A stretch of DNA of 64,000 nucleotides, taken from the NCBI GenBank assembly GCA_965207065.1, contig OZ242260.1, positions 4,352,001 through 4,416,000 on the forward strand. Reading direction: 5' to 3'. Made by a program: the position numbers and the translations under genes. Below the pieces are notes generated by a model. That model was not told the origin of the DNA. It saw only the letters and a program-made list of their open reading frames with translations, and did not search any database. Positions 9,301 to 19,653 of this stretch are shown piece by piece (position 1 is the first letter of the stretch; each line of letters starts with the position of its first letter). Origin of the DNA: a bacterium. GTDB lineage: Bacteria > UBA8248.

Positions 9301-11087
9301 TGGTGCCGGGAGTTCCGGCGGTCTCGGTGTCCGATACGCAGGTGCAGGAAGGGCCGGGGGCCACACTCGACTTCCTGGTGACCGCCAGCCGGGCGCCTGA
9401 CCGGTTGGTGGCGGTGCGCTATCGCACGGTCGACGGGACGGCGCGGGCGGGGAGCGACTACACGGCGAGTTCGGGACACGTTTTCTTCCGTCCCGGGGTG
9501 ACGACGCGTACGGTGTCGATCCCGGTGCTCGACGACTCGCACGACGAAGGCAGCGAGACGATGCGCCTCGAGCTGTCTCAGGGGTCACATGCAGGCAGCC
9601 ATCGCTTGCGGATCGACGATGGCGAGGCGACGGGGACAATCACGAACACCGACCCGATGCCGAAGGCGTGGCTCGCGCGCTTCGGGCGCGAGGCGGCGGA
9701 GCACGTGACCGACGCGATTGCCGAGCGGCTGCGCGGCGCGCGCACGGGCGTTGTGCTGGGCGGGCAGAGCCTGGCGTTGGGCCGGGACCCTCTCCTCCCG
9801 GCGGACCCGAACGCCCGCCTCGCCTTGGGCGATTACGGAATCGGTAGAGATGGCGCAGGTAATGCTTTCGGCAGCCCAGGCGGCGTTTCGGGTGAGGACG
9901 CTGAAGCTAAGTGGCGCGAAATCGAGATGAGCGAGATGTTGCTCGCTAGTTCGTTCCACATGGCGTCCGCCGAGAAAATGGAGTCAGGACCACGCTGGTC
10001 GGTCTGGGGCCGGGGTGCGCGTTCGAACTTCCAGGGCGCAGAGGACAACCTCACGCTCGACGGCGAGGTGACGACGGCGACGCTGGGCGTGGACTATGAG
10101 CGCGACCGGTGGCTCGTCGGCGTGGCGCTTGCGCGAAGCGCGGGCGATGGTTCGTTCCGCACGAGCGGGGCGTGCACGACCGGCTGCGCGGGCGAGGTGG
10201 AGAGCACACTCATGGGCGTCTACCCCTACGCCCGCTACAGGGTGAGCGAGCGGCTCTCGCTCTGGGGCGCGCTCGGACAGGGGCAAGGCGATCTGACGCT
10301 CTCGCCAGAGGGCGCGCGGCACATCGAGACCGAGGTCGAGATGCGCATGGCGGCGGCGGGAGCGCGCGGCGTGCTCCTGCCCGCCTCCGTGACGGGCGGG
10401 TACGAACTCGCCCTGCGCGCGGACTTGCTCGTGACGCGGACGACCTCGGACGCGGCGGCTGGCCTCGCCGAGGCCGAAGCGGAGACAAGCCGCATCCGCG
10501 TGCTGCTCGAAGGCTCGCGCGCATTCAAGCTGGGAAGCGGTGTGCTCACGCCCTCGCTGGAAGTCGGCCTTCGCTACGACGGGGGCGACGCGGAGACGGG
10601 AAGCGGCCTCGAAGTCGGCGGCTCGATGCGCTATTCGTCAGGAAGCCTCTCGGTGGAGGTGAGCGCGAGCGGCCTCCTCGCCCACGCCGATAACGACTAT
10701 GAGGAATGGGGCGTGAGCGGCTCGGTGCTCTACGCGCCGGGCGCCGACGGGCGCGGGCTGTCCGTGCGCGTGGGCTCCGGCTGGGGAGCGGATTCGGGGA
10801 GCGCGGAGAACCTCTGGGCACAGCGATACGGCGGCATACCCACTGGCGTGTTCGACCCCGAAACGCGGCTCGACGCCGAGGTGGGCTACGGTTTCGACGC
10901 CAGGCGCGGCCTGCTCACGCCCTACGCGGGCGTGGCGATGTCGGATAGCGGAGAGATCTGGCGCGCGGGCGCGCGCTGGCGGATTGCGCACGCCTTCGAC
11001 GTGAGTTTGGAGGCCTCGCTCAAGGAGTCGGAATACGACGAAAAACCCGAAAGCGGCGTGCTGCTGCGCTGTTCGAGGCGGTGGTGA
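6363..11087 (+). CDS. Large autotransporter-like surface protein: cadherin-like beta-sandwich x2, Calx-beta, SRCR domain, C-terminal beta-barrel
   Basis: Signal-like hydrophobic stretch; SDATL..L.IS.GSLNE.F repeats; SRCR LRLVDG..PHEGRLE...WGTICDD...CRQLG...HNCRHSEDVGVRC; YRTVDGTARAGSDY; DPMPKAWLARFGR linker then barrel ending in W. ATG 6363 preferred over GTG 6159. Confidence 0.85.
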   Translation: MKTECGDTSDDEPGDQTRNNTTYQTPHHLRITRRGGRLKTALLALLTIFFFMSPATPATAEKQVWSGTLTAKELPGGILGCSNDVLAGSRCSESAVLTEDEFTEGDATYAVHAVFVRSNGRLEFSVRPILPDNLRSLVLYVGEKTYDFDSADIANHGSGTSRWAWDGSALSWSAGETISLRLTDPTSASSDATLNTLGISTGSLNETFESTTTSYTASVESGVSRITVTPAATDSSATISWLDSNGSPLADADGSTEGFQVDLSTGEKVVKIKVTAEDTTTTQTYTLTIVRQSEQGATPTVSIEAVHAKAAPRIAHPEFRVTRSASSASPLTVNLSITQAASYLSNTSPSVTIPANETSATVKLRSTYSGSTSGDITASIAAGTGYEAAAAPDDSANVAMVAADPLLIVSWAQNDYKVREGESLDVAIKATTGANVPQPRETLIYSVSARADTAGSPDDYAAISEILRVEPGDYSADGNTFSATKTVTVQTVADAEDEGDEQFGVVLEILPGSLISPTCPCRASVIITEEDISDATLSALAISPGSLNEAFAPETTSYTASVESGVARVTVTPTTSDPDASMAFFASDNTALTDADTSSPNTFEVDLATGENVVKIKVTAEDTTTTQTYTLRVTRIDGGMLRLVDGNTPHEGRLELFHGGQWGTICDDYWTDSDADVACRQLGFPEGSVGNGGRFLRAHFGEGAGPIHLDDLLCRGNETSLIDCPRANNNAVGVHNCRHSEDVGVRCSVGGPRISGAPSLSAPDANGRWGSGETLEVTVTFSMAVEVDTTRGVPGVGVRLGDSTERLATYDRGGGTMELVFAYALRPDDGAHTSVHVSGDSLDLRGGQIRSVASGRDALLDHTGASRAGVAGASPALTAELRNLPDSHKGRGNTFKFELHFSAEIQMNAEAVREHLQLRRARVSEAQKLSPPSNTGWEITVSPDSFDDVVITLPATADCTSPNAVCTPDGQKLESGVSALVPGVPAVSVSDTQVQEGPGATLDFLVTASRAPDRLVAVRYRTVDGTARAGSDYTASSGHVFFRPGVTTRTVSIPVLDDSHDEGSETMRLELSQGSHAGSHRLRIDDGEATGTITNTDPMPKAWLARFGREAAEHVTDAIAERLRGARTGVVLGGQSLALGRDPLLPADPNARLALGDYGIGRDGAGNAFGSPGGVSGEDAEAKWREIEMSEMLLASSFHMASAEKMESGPRWSVWGRGARSNFQGAEDNLTLDGEVTTATLGVDYERDRWLVGVALARSAGDGSFRTSGACTTGCAGEVESTLMGVYPYARYRVSERLSLWGALGQGQGDLTLSPEGARHIETEVEMRMAAAGARGVLLPASVTGGYELALRADLLVTRTTSDAAAGLAEAEAETSRIRVLLEGSRAFKLGSGVLTPSLEVGLRYDGGDAETGSGLEVGGSMRYSSGSLSVEVSASGLLAHADNDYEEWGVSGSVLYAPGADGRGLSVRVGSGWGADSGSAENLWAQRYGGIPTGVFDPETRLDAEVGYGFDARRGLLTPYAGVAMSDSGEIWRAGARWRIAHAFDVSLEASLKESEYDEKPESGVLLRCSRRW

Positions 11088-11113
11088 TCCATCCTTCGAG
11101 GGGGGGGCCGCAA

Positions 11114-11137
11114 GGACAGGTCGCGACCTGTCCCTAC
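11114..11137. repeat. GTAG-type REP-like palindrome
   Basis: GGACAGGTCGCGACCTGTCCCTAC. Confidence 0.75.
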
Positions 11138-12002
11138 AAGAAATGCGGTTGGCCTGCCGCATCAGAGAGGACGCATCGGCCCTCCCCTGGAAAAATCTTC
11201 CGTCGTTCCCGAGATGCGGGGACAGGCCCCGGCCTCGAAGAAGCACGGACTGACTCCCCCTCAAGGGGGGAGTGAACTTCAAAAGCATCCGCGCAACTCA
11301 AAATCGCTTCCAGAGGGTTTTTCAGCAGCCCCTCCTCGCTCGCGTTTGACACGCATTTCCCCGCATTTGCCGTATCCCTGCATTTTCGGAGATTCGGTAT
11401 CGTGCGCGCGGCGCGGGGGAAAGCGAACCCTCCTTCATCAGTCGGGTTCGACCTCTCGCGTTGGTCGGGCAAACCCTCGCTCGGGTTCGACCCCAAGGGA
11501 AAAGAGGCTTACCCATGGAATCAGGCATTCGGGAGAAATTGAAGACGGTGATAACTGCATTCTTCGCCGGAGCGGCCCGTCCATCTTCAGAAGAACACGG
11601 GCAGCCTCGTTCGAACTCCCCCGCTTCGGGGATTTTCGATACCCTCTACAAAAGCGCACACCTGCTCTCCTTACTCCGGTTCGATAATCTCGAAGAGAGG
11701 AACTGCACGGATGGATTCGAGGAAGGCGCAGAAATGAAAATAATCATATTTCCCGTAAATATAGATAAATTCACGGGGTTTTTCGATAAATTCCTGAAAG
11801 GGATGCGCCCTGTAAATGATTGTATTCGAAAGAGTTACCATACAAATCTGAGCGATGAACATTCAGATACGGCGATAAAAATAGTTTCCGGGTTCCCCCG
11901 CATTTGCCCGCAACCGCCCGCATTTCCTCTTGCCCCACATTACGCCGCAAACCCTCCCTCCTCGGTCGGGTTTGACCCCCGCATTTGCCCGCAATTGCGC
12001 GC

Positions 12003-12788
12003 TTAAGCGTCGCCGCCTTCTATCTCTCCTTTGGGCGCGTCGTCCACGCTCGCCTCGATGAAGGGTCTGATCAGGTCGAGCGGCAAGGGGAAGACGATGG
12101 TGGAGTTGTTCTCGGTGGCGACTTCGGAAAGCGTCTGCAGGAAGCGAAGCTGGAGCGCGCCCGGGGCCGTGGCGATGGTGGTGGCGGCCTGGGCCAGCCG
12201 CTCGCTCGCCTGGTATTCGCCCTCCGCGTGAATGACCTTGGCGCGACGCTCACGCTCGGCCTCGGCCTGGCGGGCGATGGCGCGCTGCATCTCGTGGGGA
12301 AGGTCCACGTGCTTGAGCTCCACGTTGGTGACCTTGATGCCCCACGGGTCGGTGGCGTGATCGAGGAGTTCCTGGAGCTGGGAGTTGATCTTCTCGCGCT
12401 CGGAGAGCAGATCGTCCAAATCCATCTGGCCGAGCACGCTCCGGAGCGTCGTCTGGCTCAACTGGCCCGTGGCGTAGAGGAAATCCTCCACCTCGATGAT
12501 AGCGCGCTCGGGATTCAGTACGCGGAAGTAGACCACGGCGTTCACCTTCACCGACACGTTGTCCTTCGTGACGATATCCTGCGGCGGCACGTCCATCGTC
12601 ACCAGCCGCAAGCCTACGCGGGTCATGCGGTCGATCACCGGAAGCACGATGATGAGGCCGGGCCCTTTCGTGGAAAGGAAGCGCCCCAGCCGGAAGATGA
12701 CGCCGCGCTCGTATTCGTTCAGCACCCGGATGGCGCTCGCGAAGAACAACAAGATGATGATGGCGGCAATTATCAAGCTCCAATTCAT
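12003..12788 (-). CDS. SPFH/stomatin (slipin) family protein
   Basis: [26 protein letters not shown] and [12 protein letters not shown] motifs. Confidence 0.95.
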   Translation of the reverse strand: MNWSLIIAAIIILLFFASAIRVLNEYERGVIFRLGRFLSTKGPGLIIVLPVIDRMTRVGLRLVTMDVPPQDIVTKDNVSVKVNAVVYFRVLNPERAIIEVEDFLYATGQLSQTTLRSVLGQMDLDDLLSEREKINSQLQELLDHATDPWGIKVTNVELKHVDLPHEMQRAIARQAEAERERRAKVIHAEGEYQASERLAQAATTIATAPGALQLRFLQTLSEVATENNSTIVFPLPLDLIRPFIEASVDDAPKGEIEGGDA

Positions 12789-14117
12789 TTATCCACCCTC
12801 CTTCTCGACGCGGAGCCTGAGGCCCTCCACCGAGACTACGCGGACTTTGTCCCCGATTTCCAGGGGTTCTCGAGAATCCGCCATCCATATCTCGCCGTGC
12901 ACCCGAACCTGGGCCGGCGATCCTACCCCGGGCGAAGCACTCACAATCCCGGACTGATCGAGCATTCCCTCCGAACCCGAAACCGGCCGCACCCGCTGGG
13001 CGCGGAAACCCATTCCCACGAGCCAGACGAAGAACATGGCCGTGGCGGCGACCGCGGGCAGAATCACTTTCAGGCTGATTTGCAGGTAGGGGTCCGGAGA
13101 ATCGATGAGCATGACCGAACCCAGCGTCATGGCGATGATGCCGCCGATGGTCAGACCCCCGTAGCTGACCACCTTTATCTCCAGGAGAAACATGATGAGG
13201 GCGAGCCCCATCAGGAGAAGCCCCACATAGTTCACCGGCAAGACTTTAAGGGCATAGAGCGCCAGAAGGAGGCTGATGGCCCCCACCACGCCGGGAAGAA
13301 TCGAGCCGGGATTCGAGAGCTCGAAAAACAGCCCATACATGCCCAGCAGCATCAGGATATAGGCGATGTTGGGATCGCTCAAAAGGGTGAGCACTTTCTG
13401 GCGCCAGCTGCGCTCGAGCACGATTTGCGCAGCGCCCCTGGTCGAGAGGGTGACGGTATCGCCGCTGGCGAGCTTTATCTTTTTCCCGTGAACCGCCAGA
13501 AGAAGGGAGCGCACGTCCGCCGCCACCAGGTCGATGACCTTTTGCTTCAGGGCCTCGGCCTCATCCACGGATATCGCCTCGCGGACCGCGCTCTCCGCCC
13601 ATTCGATGTTGCGACCGGTGCGGGAGGCCACCGCGCGCGCGAAAGCGGCCACGTCGTTCATCGCCTTTTTTCGCATATCGCCCTGAATCTGCTTTCCACC
13701 ACCCGAGACAGGAGAAGCGGCGCCGATGTTCGTGCCCGGCGCCATGGCGGCGATGTGGGCCGACATGGTGATGAACGTTCCCGCGGAGGCGGCCCGCGCC
13801 CCTCCCGGAGCGACGTATACAGCCACAGGGACATTCGCGCCGAAAATTTCCTTCACGATATCGCGCGTGCTGGTAACCAGACCGCCAGGGGTATCGAGAC
13901 GAATGACGAGAAGCTGCGCCTGCCTTCGTGTAGCTTCTTCGATGCCGAATGCGATGTATTCCGAAGTGCCGGGCGATATGGCGTCCGCCACGTCCAGCAC
14001 AATGACGGGAGGCGTTTTCTGGGCGGCAGTGGCATGGTAGATGGTCAGTATCGCACCGACAGCCACCAGAGCCAACAGAACCGCCAAATGGATTTTTTTG
14101 TAAAGCTTCCTCCGCAT
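12789..14117 (-). CDS. nfeD: NfeD membrane-bound serine protease (long form)
   Basis: LDTPGGL, AASAG, APGTNIGAA and VHGEIW; adjacent to the slipin gene. Confidence 0.9.
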   Translation of the reverse strand: MRRKLYKKIHLAVLLALVAVGAILTIYHATAAQKTPPVIVLDVADAISPGTSEYIAFGIEEATRRQAQLLVIRLDTPGGLVTSTRDIVKEIFGANVPVAVYVAPGGARAASAGTFITMSAHIAAMAPGTNIGAASPVSGGGKQIQGDMRKKAMNDVAAFARAVASRTGRNIEWAESAVREAISVDEAEALKQKVIDLVAADVRSLLLAVHGKKIKLASGDTVTLSTRGAAQIVLERSWRQKVLTLLSDPNIAYILMLLGMYGLFFELSNPGSILPGVVGAISLLLALYALKVLPVNYVGLLLMGLALIMFLLEIKVVSYGGLTIGGIIAMTLGSVMLIDSPDPYLQISLKVILPAVAATAMFFVWLVGMGFRAQRVRPVSGSEGMLDQSGIVSASPGVGSPAQVRVHGEIWMADSREPLEIGDKVRVVSVEGLRLRVEKEGG

Positions 14118-14198
14118 TCCATACCTCAAAAGCAACTAGATCAATTAAGCTATCTTAACACAAAGGAGAATCTTTTATCGCCCGCCCGATCGAGTCCA

Positions 14199-15542
14199 TT
14201 ATTGTTGCACATCCAGTTCGAGCAACACCTCATCCAAGATGCCCACGGCCGTATCGACCTGCGCTTTATTGATAATCAGAGGAGGCAAAAACGCCAGGAC
14301 GTTCCCGTGGTGTCCTCCCGGATAGATGAGAAGACCTTTTTTCAAGGACATGTCACTCGCCTTCTTGGCGACGCTCAAGGGTTCGCGCGTCGCCCGGTCG
14401 GAAACCAACTCGGCCGCTATCATCAGCCCGCGCCCTCGAACCTCCCCGACGATGGAATGGCGCTCCGACAGCTCCTCCAGCCTTCTCAGGAAATACGAGC
14501 CCATCTCCAGGGAGCGTTCGGAGAGATTCTCCTCCTCATACACCTCGATGGAAGCCAGGCCGGCGGCGCATGCCATGACGTTTCCGGCATAGGTGCTGCT
14601 TTCGGTTCCGGGATTCGAAGCATCCGCGATTTCTTTTTTCGCGACGCAGGCGGCAAGAGGCAATCCGCCTGAAATCGATTTTCCCATCACGATCAGATCG
14701 GGCTCGATATCTTCATACTGGTAGGCGAACATCTTTCCCGTACGGCAAAACCCGCTCATCACTTCATCGATGATGAGCAGCACCCCGTACCGATCACAGA
14801 TATCGCGGAGCGCCTTCAAAAACCCGATGGGGGCCGGAATCATGCCGCCGTTTCCCTGAACCGGCTCGATGATGACGGCGGCCACATCGCCCCAGCCGCT
14901 CACCGGATTCTCAAGAAATTCATTGATGTAACGAATCGTCCCCTCTGTGCATTTCTCCGGACCATCACCAAAGGGGTTCCGATATGGGTATGGATATGGG
15001 ACGTGATGAATGCCCGGAACCAGGGTTCCCAGCCCCTCTCTTTGGTTCTTTCTTCCCATCAGGGCCACGGCCCCTAATGTCCTGCCGTGGAACGCGCCTG
15101 TAAATGCGACGATTTCATTGCGCCCTGTCGCCCGGCGGGCCATCTTGAGGGCGATCTCGGCCGCTTCGCTGCCCGAAGTACCGAGAATCATGCTCTTGGG
15201 AGTTGCGCCCGAATGCAGGGAGAGAACTTTTTCTAGAAATTCATTTCTTGTCCTCGAACCCAGCGACATGGCCTGATGGATCTGCTCCGCTTGTCTTTGC
15301 ATCGCCGAAACAACTTTGGGATGACAATGACCCGCGTTCAAGGATCCAAAACCGGAGACAAAATCCAGAAACAAATTGCCGTCAACGTCTTCGATCACCG
15401 CCCCTTGCGCACGCTCGACAACGACGGTTTCGGGGCTCATCCCGAAGCTGAGGGCAGCGCGGCTCTCCGCCTTCCTGAGACGTTCAAGTTCCTTACGGGT
15501 TTCGGGGCCGGGATGGGGAACCACAATTTTCGGCGCTTCCAA
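14199..15542 (-). CDS. Class III PLP aminotransferase (GabT-like)
   Basis: DVDGN..LDF, SGSEA, FHGRT, DEVMSGFCRTG and GKSISGGLP; TTG start after GAGGAGG. Confidence 0.9.
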   Translation of the reverse strand: MEAPKIVVPHPGPETRKELERLRKAESRAALSFGMSPETVVVERAQGAVIEDVDGNLFLDFVSGFGSLNAGHCHPKVVSAMQRQAEQIHQAMSLGSRTRNEFLEKVLSLHSGATPKSMILGTSGSEAAEIALKMARRATGRNEIVAFTGAFHGRTLGAVALMGRKNQREGLGTLVPGIHHVPYPYPYRNPFGDGPEKCTEGTIRYINEFLENPVSGWGDVAAVIIEPVQGNGGMIPAPIGFLKALRDICDRYGVLLIIDEVMSGFCRTGKMFAYQYEDIEPDLIVMGKSISGGLPLAACVAKKEIADASNPGTESSTYAGNVMACAAGLASIEVYEEENLSERSLEMGSYFLRRLEELSERHSIVGEVRGRGLMIAAELVSDRATREPLSVAKKASDMSLKKGLLIYPGGHHGNVLAFLPPLIINKAQVDTAVGILDEVLLELDVQQ

Positions 15543-15711
15543 GAGAAACCCTCCTCGTCTTTCACTAACATATCCCTCATGTTTTGAAAAACATGGGGTC
15601 TGCGCGGCGCATTTCGTGCAAATGCGCTCTGGAGCGTGTCTTTCATCTTCGAATGTTATAAACTCTGGCGCAAATGCAAGCCACCCACATCCTACGGATA
15701 CCGAGGCGCCA

Positions 15712-16965
15712 GTGAGCCAAGACGATTCTCCCAAAAAGATATATTACGGCTGGTACATTCTGGCCGGCTGTTTCTTTATGATGTTTTTGGGATTGGCGAC
15801 CAGAAATTCATTCGGTCTTTTCTTAAAACCGATGATTGCGGATTTCAACATCAGCCGCGCCTCATTGTCGCTCCCCTTTTCTCTTTGCCTGATTCTATAC
15901 GGCGCGTCCCAGCCCTTGGGCGGGCTCTTGATGCGCCGCTGGGACCCCAAGACGGTCATCATCTGGGGCTCGGCGTTGACGACCATCGCCATGCTGGGAA
16001 TTTACCAAGTCGACTCCCTTTGGGGCGTGTATCTGTTTTTCGGCATCCTGTTGGGAATCGGCGGAATCGGCAACAGCGTGACGGCCTTCACCCCCTTGGT
16101 GTCGAACTGGTTCCCGGACAGGCGGGGGCTGGGCATGTCCATCATCAGCGCAGGCTCGAGTATGGGTCAGCTCATATTGCTTCCCGTCTTCGCGTATATG
16201 ATCGGCTTTCTGGACTGGAGGACGACCTCGCTCGTCATCGGCATCATTTTCGTGTTCACGCTGATGCCCATTTCGATATTCCTTGTCAAAAACTCCCCCT
16301 CGTCCAAGGATGTCCCCCCGAGCGCGCCCAATTCCGGCAACGGCGTTAAGATGGTCGTCCCGTATGATCTGCACTGGGTCCAGTGCCTTCACAAAATGCC
16401 GTTCGTCCTGTTGCTCACGAGCTTTTTCACCTGCGGCTTCACCGTGACCGTCGTTTCCGTGCACTGGGTGCCGTTTGCGACGGACGTAGGATTTTCCGCA
16501 ACCGTCGCGGCTACATCATTCGCCCTGGGCGGCGGACTCAACACCCTGGGCGTTCTGGCCGTCGGTCCACTATCGGACAAAATCGGCAGGAAAATCCCTT
16601 TGAGCCTGATTTACGCGTTCAGAGGGCTCGGATTTGTCCTGTTCATTTTCTTCAAAAATGATTTCACCGTCTGGGCCACGCCCATGATCATCGGCCTCTC
16701 CTGGATTGCGACCGTTCCGCTCACTTCGGCGCTGACGGGTGATTTCTTCGGCTCCAGAAACGTGGCGATTCTGTTCGGTCTCATCACGTTCAGCCACCAA
16801 CTCGGCTCGGGTTTGAGCGCCTGGCTGAGCGGATACATCTATGACGTGACAGGAAGCTACAACCTCGCATTCGCACTGGCCGCCTACCTTTGCCTGCAGG
16901 CTGCCGTGATAGTCACTTTCATCAACGAAAAAGAGGTCCGAATCACTCAAGTGGCAACTACGTAG
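15712..16965 (+). CDS. MFS transporter
   Basis: YYGW N-terminus, WFPDRRG, LSDKIGRK and about 12 hydrophobic segments; GTG start 15712. Confidence 0.9.
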   Translation: MSQDDSPKKIYYGWYILAGCFFMMFLGLATRNSFGLFLKPMIADFNISRASLSLPFSLCLILYGASQPLGGLLMRRWDPKTVIIWGSALTTIAMLGIYQVDSLWGVYLFFGILLGIGGIGNSVTAFTPLVSNWFPDRRGLGMSIISAGSSMGQLILLPVFAYMIGFLDWRTTSLVIGIIFVFTLMPISIFLVKNSPSSKDVPPSAPNSGNGVKMVVPYDLHWVQCLHKMPFVLLLTSFFTCGFTVTVVSVHWVPFATDVGFSATVAATSFALGGGLNTLGVLAVGPLSDKIGRKIPLSLIYAFRGLGFVLFIFFKNDFTVWATPMIIGLSWIATVPLTSALTGDFFGSRNVAILFGLITFSHQLGSGLSAWLSGYIYDVTGSYNLAFALAAYLCLQAAVIVTFINEKEVRITQVATT

Positions 16966-17099
16966 CGCTATTGGAATGGAATTCAGAAAACCGCACAACA
17001 TGAAGTAAATATACAGATTTGCCACCTTAGGTTTCCTTTGCAATAATTCCAACTCCTTCAGGCGAAGCTGGGCTTCGCCTTTAATCTTTTGGTGATGAA

Positions 17100-18443
17100 A
17101 TGGATTGCAACTGCTGGTTCCAATGCATAAACCCAGAATGCGAAGCGACATACTCCATTTTCGACTCCGTTTATCTGTGTCGCGAATGTGAGAGCCTCCT
17201 CGAAGTCACGCACGATCTGGAAACACTGCGGATGCGGAGCGCGTCGGAGTGGCGTCATCTGTTCGACGACCGTTACCAGCGCAACATATGGCCGTACGGC
17301 AGCGGCGTGTGGGGCAAGAAAGAGTGGGTTTGCCCACTGATTGGTGATGAGAACATCATCTCCTTCTACGAAGGGGGGACGAACCTATTCTGGGCGAATC
17401 GTCTGGGCCGAGAACTCGGAATCGGTGAGTTGTGGATCAAGCAATGCGGAAACAGCCATACCGGATCTTTCAAGGACCTCGGCATGACGGTTCTCGTATC
17501 CGCCGCGCAGCAGATGATGGCCGACGGGAGAAAACTTCGCGCCGTCGCCTGCGCATCGACGGGCGATACCTCCGCCGCATTGGCCGCGTACGCAGCAGCG
17601 GCCGATATCCCTTCAATCGTTTTTCTGCCGCGAGAGAAGGTCTCGGTGGCGCAACTCATTCAACCCATCACGAACGGCGCCGTGGTGCTCGCTATCGATA
17701 CGGATTTCGATGGTTGCATGCGGATCGTGAAACAAGTGTGCGAGGAGCAGGGAATTTACCTCGCCAACAGTATGAATTCTCTTCGGATCGAGGGTCAGAA
17801 AACCATCAGTATAGAACTCGTCCAGCAGTTCGACTGGGAGGTTCCCGACTTAATCATCATTCCAGGCGGAAACCTGGGAAACGTGAGCGCGCTGGGCAAG
17901 GGTTTCATGCAGATGCGAGATTTGGGACTTATCGACAAGCTGCCCCGCATCGTTTGCGCCCAGACGGAAAAGGCCAATCCCCTCTATAGGAGTTTCATGA
18001 CCGGATTCCGCGAATTCCAACCCATAGAGGCCGAATCGACGTTGGCGACGGCCATCCAAATCGGGAATCCGGTGAGTATCGAAAGAGCCATCAGGACCCT
18101 GAAAGCATTCGAGGGTTCCGTGGAACAGGCGAGCGAGGAGGAATTATCCAACGCGGCTGCCCGCGCGGATAGAACCGGGATGTACAATTGCCCACAAACC
18201 GGCGTGGCATTGGCTGCTCTCGAAAAAATCATCTCACGCGGAGAAATTAACCCCCAAGACCGAGTGGTGGTCATCTCTACGGCTCATGGGCTGAAGTTCA
18301 CCGAATTCAAGGTTAATTACCATCAAAAAGAAATTCCGGGCGTTGACAGCCGCTTCGCCAACACTCCCATCGAGCTTCCTGAAGACATCAACATGGTTCA
18401 AGATGCCATTGAGAAGAAACTGGGCGCACTATCCGTAGGCTAG
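17100..18443 (+). CDS. thrC: Threonine synthase
   Basis: [26 protein letters not shown] and STAHGLKF; N-terminal CxxxxC/CxxC. Confidence 0.92.
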   Translation: MDCNCWFQCINPECEATYSIFDSVYLCRECESLLEVTHDLETLRMRSASEWRHLFDDRYQRNIWPYGSGVWGKKEWVCPLIGDENIISFYEGGTNLFWANRLGRELGIGELWIKQCGNSHTGSFKDLGMTVLVSAAQQMMADGRKLRAVACASTGDTSAALAAYAAAADIPSIVFLPREKVSVAQLIQPITNGAVVLAIDTDFDGCMRIVKQVCEEQGIYLANSMNSLRIEGQKTISIELVQQFDWEVPDLIIIPGGNLGNVSALGKGFMQMRDLGLIDKLPRIVCAQTEKANPLYRSFMTGFREFQPIEAESTLATAIQIGNPVSIERAIRTLKAFEGSVEQASEEELSNAAARADRTGMYNCPQTGVALAALEKIISRGEINPQDRVVVISTAHGLKFTEFKVNYHQKEIPGVDSRFANTPIELPEDINMVQDAIEKKLGALSVG

Positions 18444-18475
18444 CATTCGTTCAGTTTCTTTTTTTCGCTCTGCTC

Positions 18476-19651
18476 ATGAAACAGGAGATGAGTGCATTGT
18501 CGAAAAACATGAGAAGAGACGAGCGAAATCAGGCGAATAAGTCGCTCGCCCCGCCAATCTTCCAGACCGCAACGTTCACTTTTGATGGTTCGGACGATCT
18601 GGCCGCCTTCCACAGCGGCGAGACGGGCGCGTTTTTCTATTCTCGATACGGAAATCCGACGAACGAAGCCGCCGAACGCAGGCTCGCCCTCATCGAAGGC
18701 GCGGAAGCCTCTTTGTTGTATGCCAGCGGCATGGCGGCCGTCTCATCTGTATTTCTCTCGCTCCTGGCCCCTAATGCGCGAATCGTCATCCCGCAGGAAA
18801 GCTACAGACACACAAGGGACATCGCGGAGGGTCTCCTCACTCGCTACGGTGTACGCGTCGATATTCCGGCGGAGAATACAGCGGTATCTCTCGAAGCCCT
18901 TCCGGACGGGCCAGTCCGTGTTCTGTTCGCGGAAATTCCATCCAACCCCACGCTCCGCATACCGGACATCGCGAAAATGGCCGAATGGGCCCGGCTAAGA
19001 AACGCCAGGTTTATCGTTGATTCGACCATCGCAACTCCCGCTCTGTTTCGCCCGCTGGAGCACGGGGCCGATCTAGCGATTCAAAGTGCGACGAAATACA
19101 TCGGCGGCCACAACGACGTCGTGGCAGGCGCGGTTTCAGGCGGCCGGGACATCATCGACGCACTGCGCGAGCAACAAGCATTACTGGGCTCCATTCTCGG
19201 GCCGCAGGAAGCGTTTCTGGTAGATCGGGGACTCAAAACGCTCGAACTACGCGTCCGCCGCATCAGCGACACGGCTCTCAAACTGGCCGAATTTCTCGAA
19301 GGCCACTCCAGGGTCTCCCGGGTTTACTACCCCGGCCTAGAATCCCACCCGGACCACGCGCGGGCAACCGAGTACATGTCGGCGTTTGGCGGGATAATCA
19401 GCTTTGAGCTTGATGGCGACCCCGAGATAGCCGACGAGTTGGTGAATGTCCTCCAAATTCCCGTATTCGCTCCCGGCTTCGGCGGAACGGAGAGTCAAGT
19501 GGAGCATCACGTGAAGATGGCGTATGCGGACATCGGAACAGAAGGCGCCGAGATCCGGGGCGTTTCAGCCGGGCTGATTCGATATTCGGTGGGGCTCGAA
19601 GATTTCGAGGTGTTGAGAGACGACCTCGGCGAGGGACTCAAAAAACTATAG
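18476..19651 (+). CDS. Cys/Met metabolism PLP enzyme (cystathionine gamma-synthase-like)
   Basis: YSRYGNPT, SGMAA, SATKYIGGH and RGLKTL. Confidence 0.88.
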   Translation: MKQEMSALSKNMRRDERNQANKSLAPPIFQTATFTFDGSDDLAAFHSGETGAFFYSRYGNPTNEAAERRLALIEGAEASLLYASGMAAVSSVFLSLLAPNARIVIPQESYRHTRDIAEGLLTRYGVRVDIPAENTAVSLEALPDGPVRVLFAEIPSNPTLRIPDIAKMAEWARLRNARFIVDSTIATPALFRPLEHGADLAIQSATKYIGGHNDVVAGAVSGGRDIIDALREQQALLGSILGPQEAFLVDRGLKTLELRVRRISDTALKLAEFLEGHSRVSRVYYPGLESHPDHARATEYMSAFGGIISFELDGDPEIADELVNVLQIPVFAPGFGGTESQVEHHVKMAYADIGTEGAEIRGVSAGLIRYSVGLEDFEVLRDDLGEGLKKL

Positions 19652-19653
19652 CG

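Noticed and set aside
11461-12006. 181-aa ORF in the repeat-rich intergenic region
   Set aside because: Runs through decayed repeats, with no motif or clear RBS; probably spurious
11985-14672. 895-aa plus-strand ORF
   Set aside because: Antisense shadow of slipin, nfeD and the aminotransferase in GC-rich DNA; no recognisable domain
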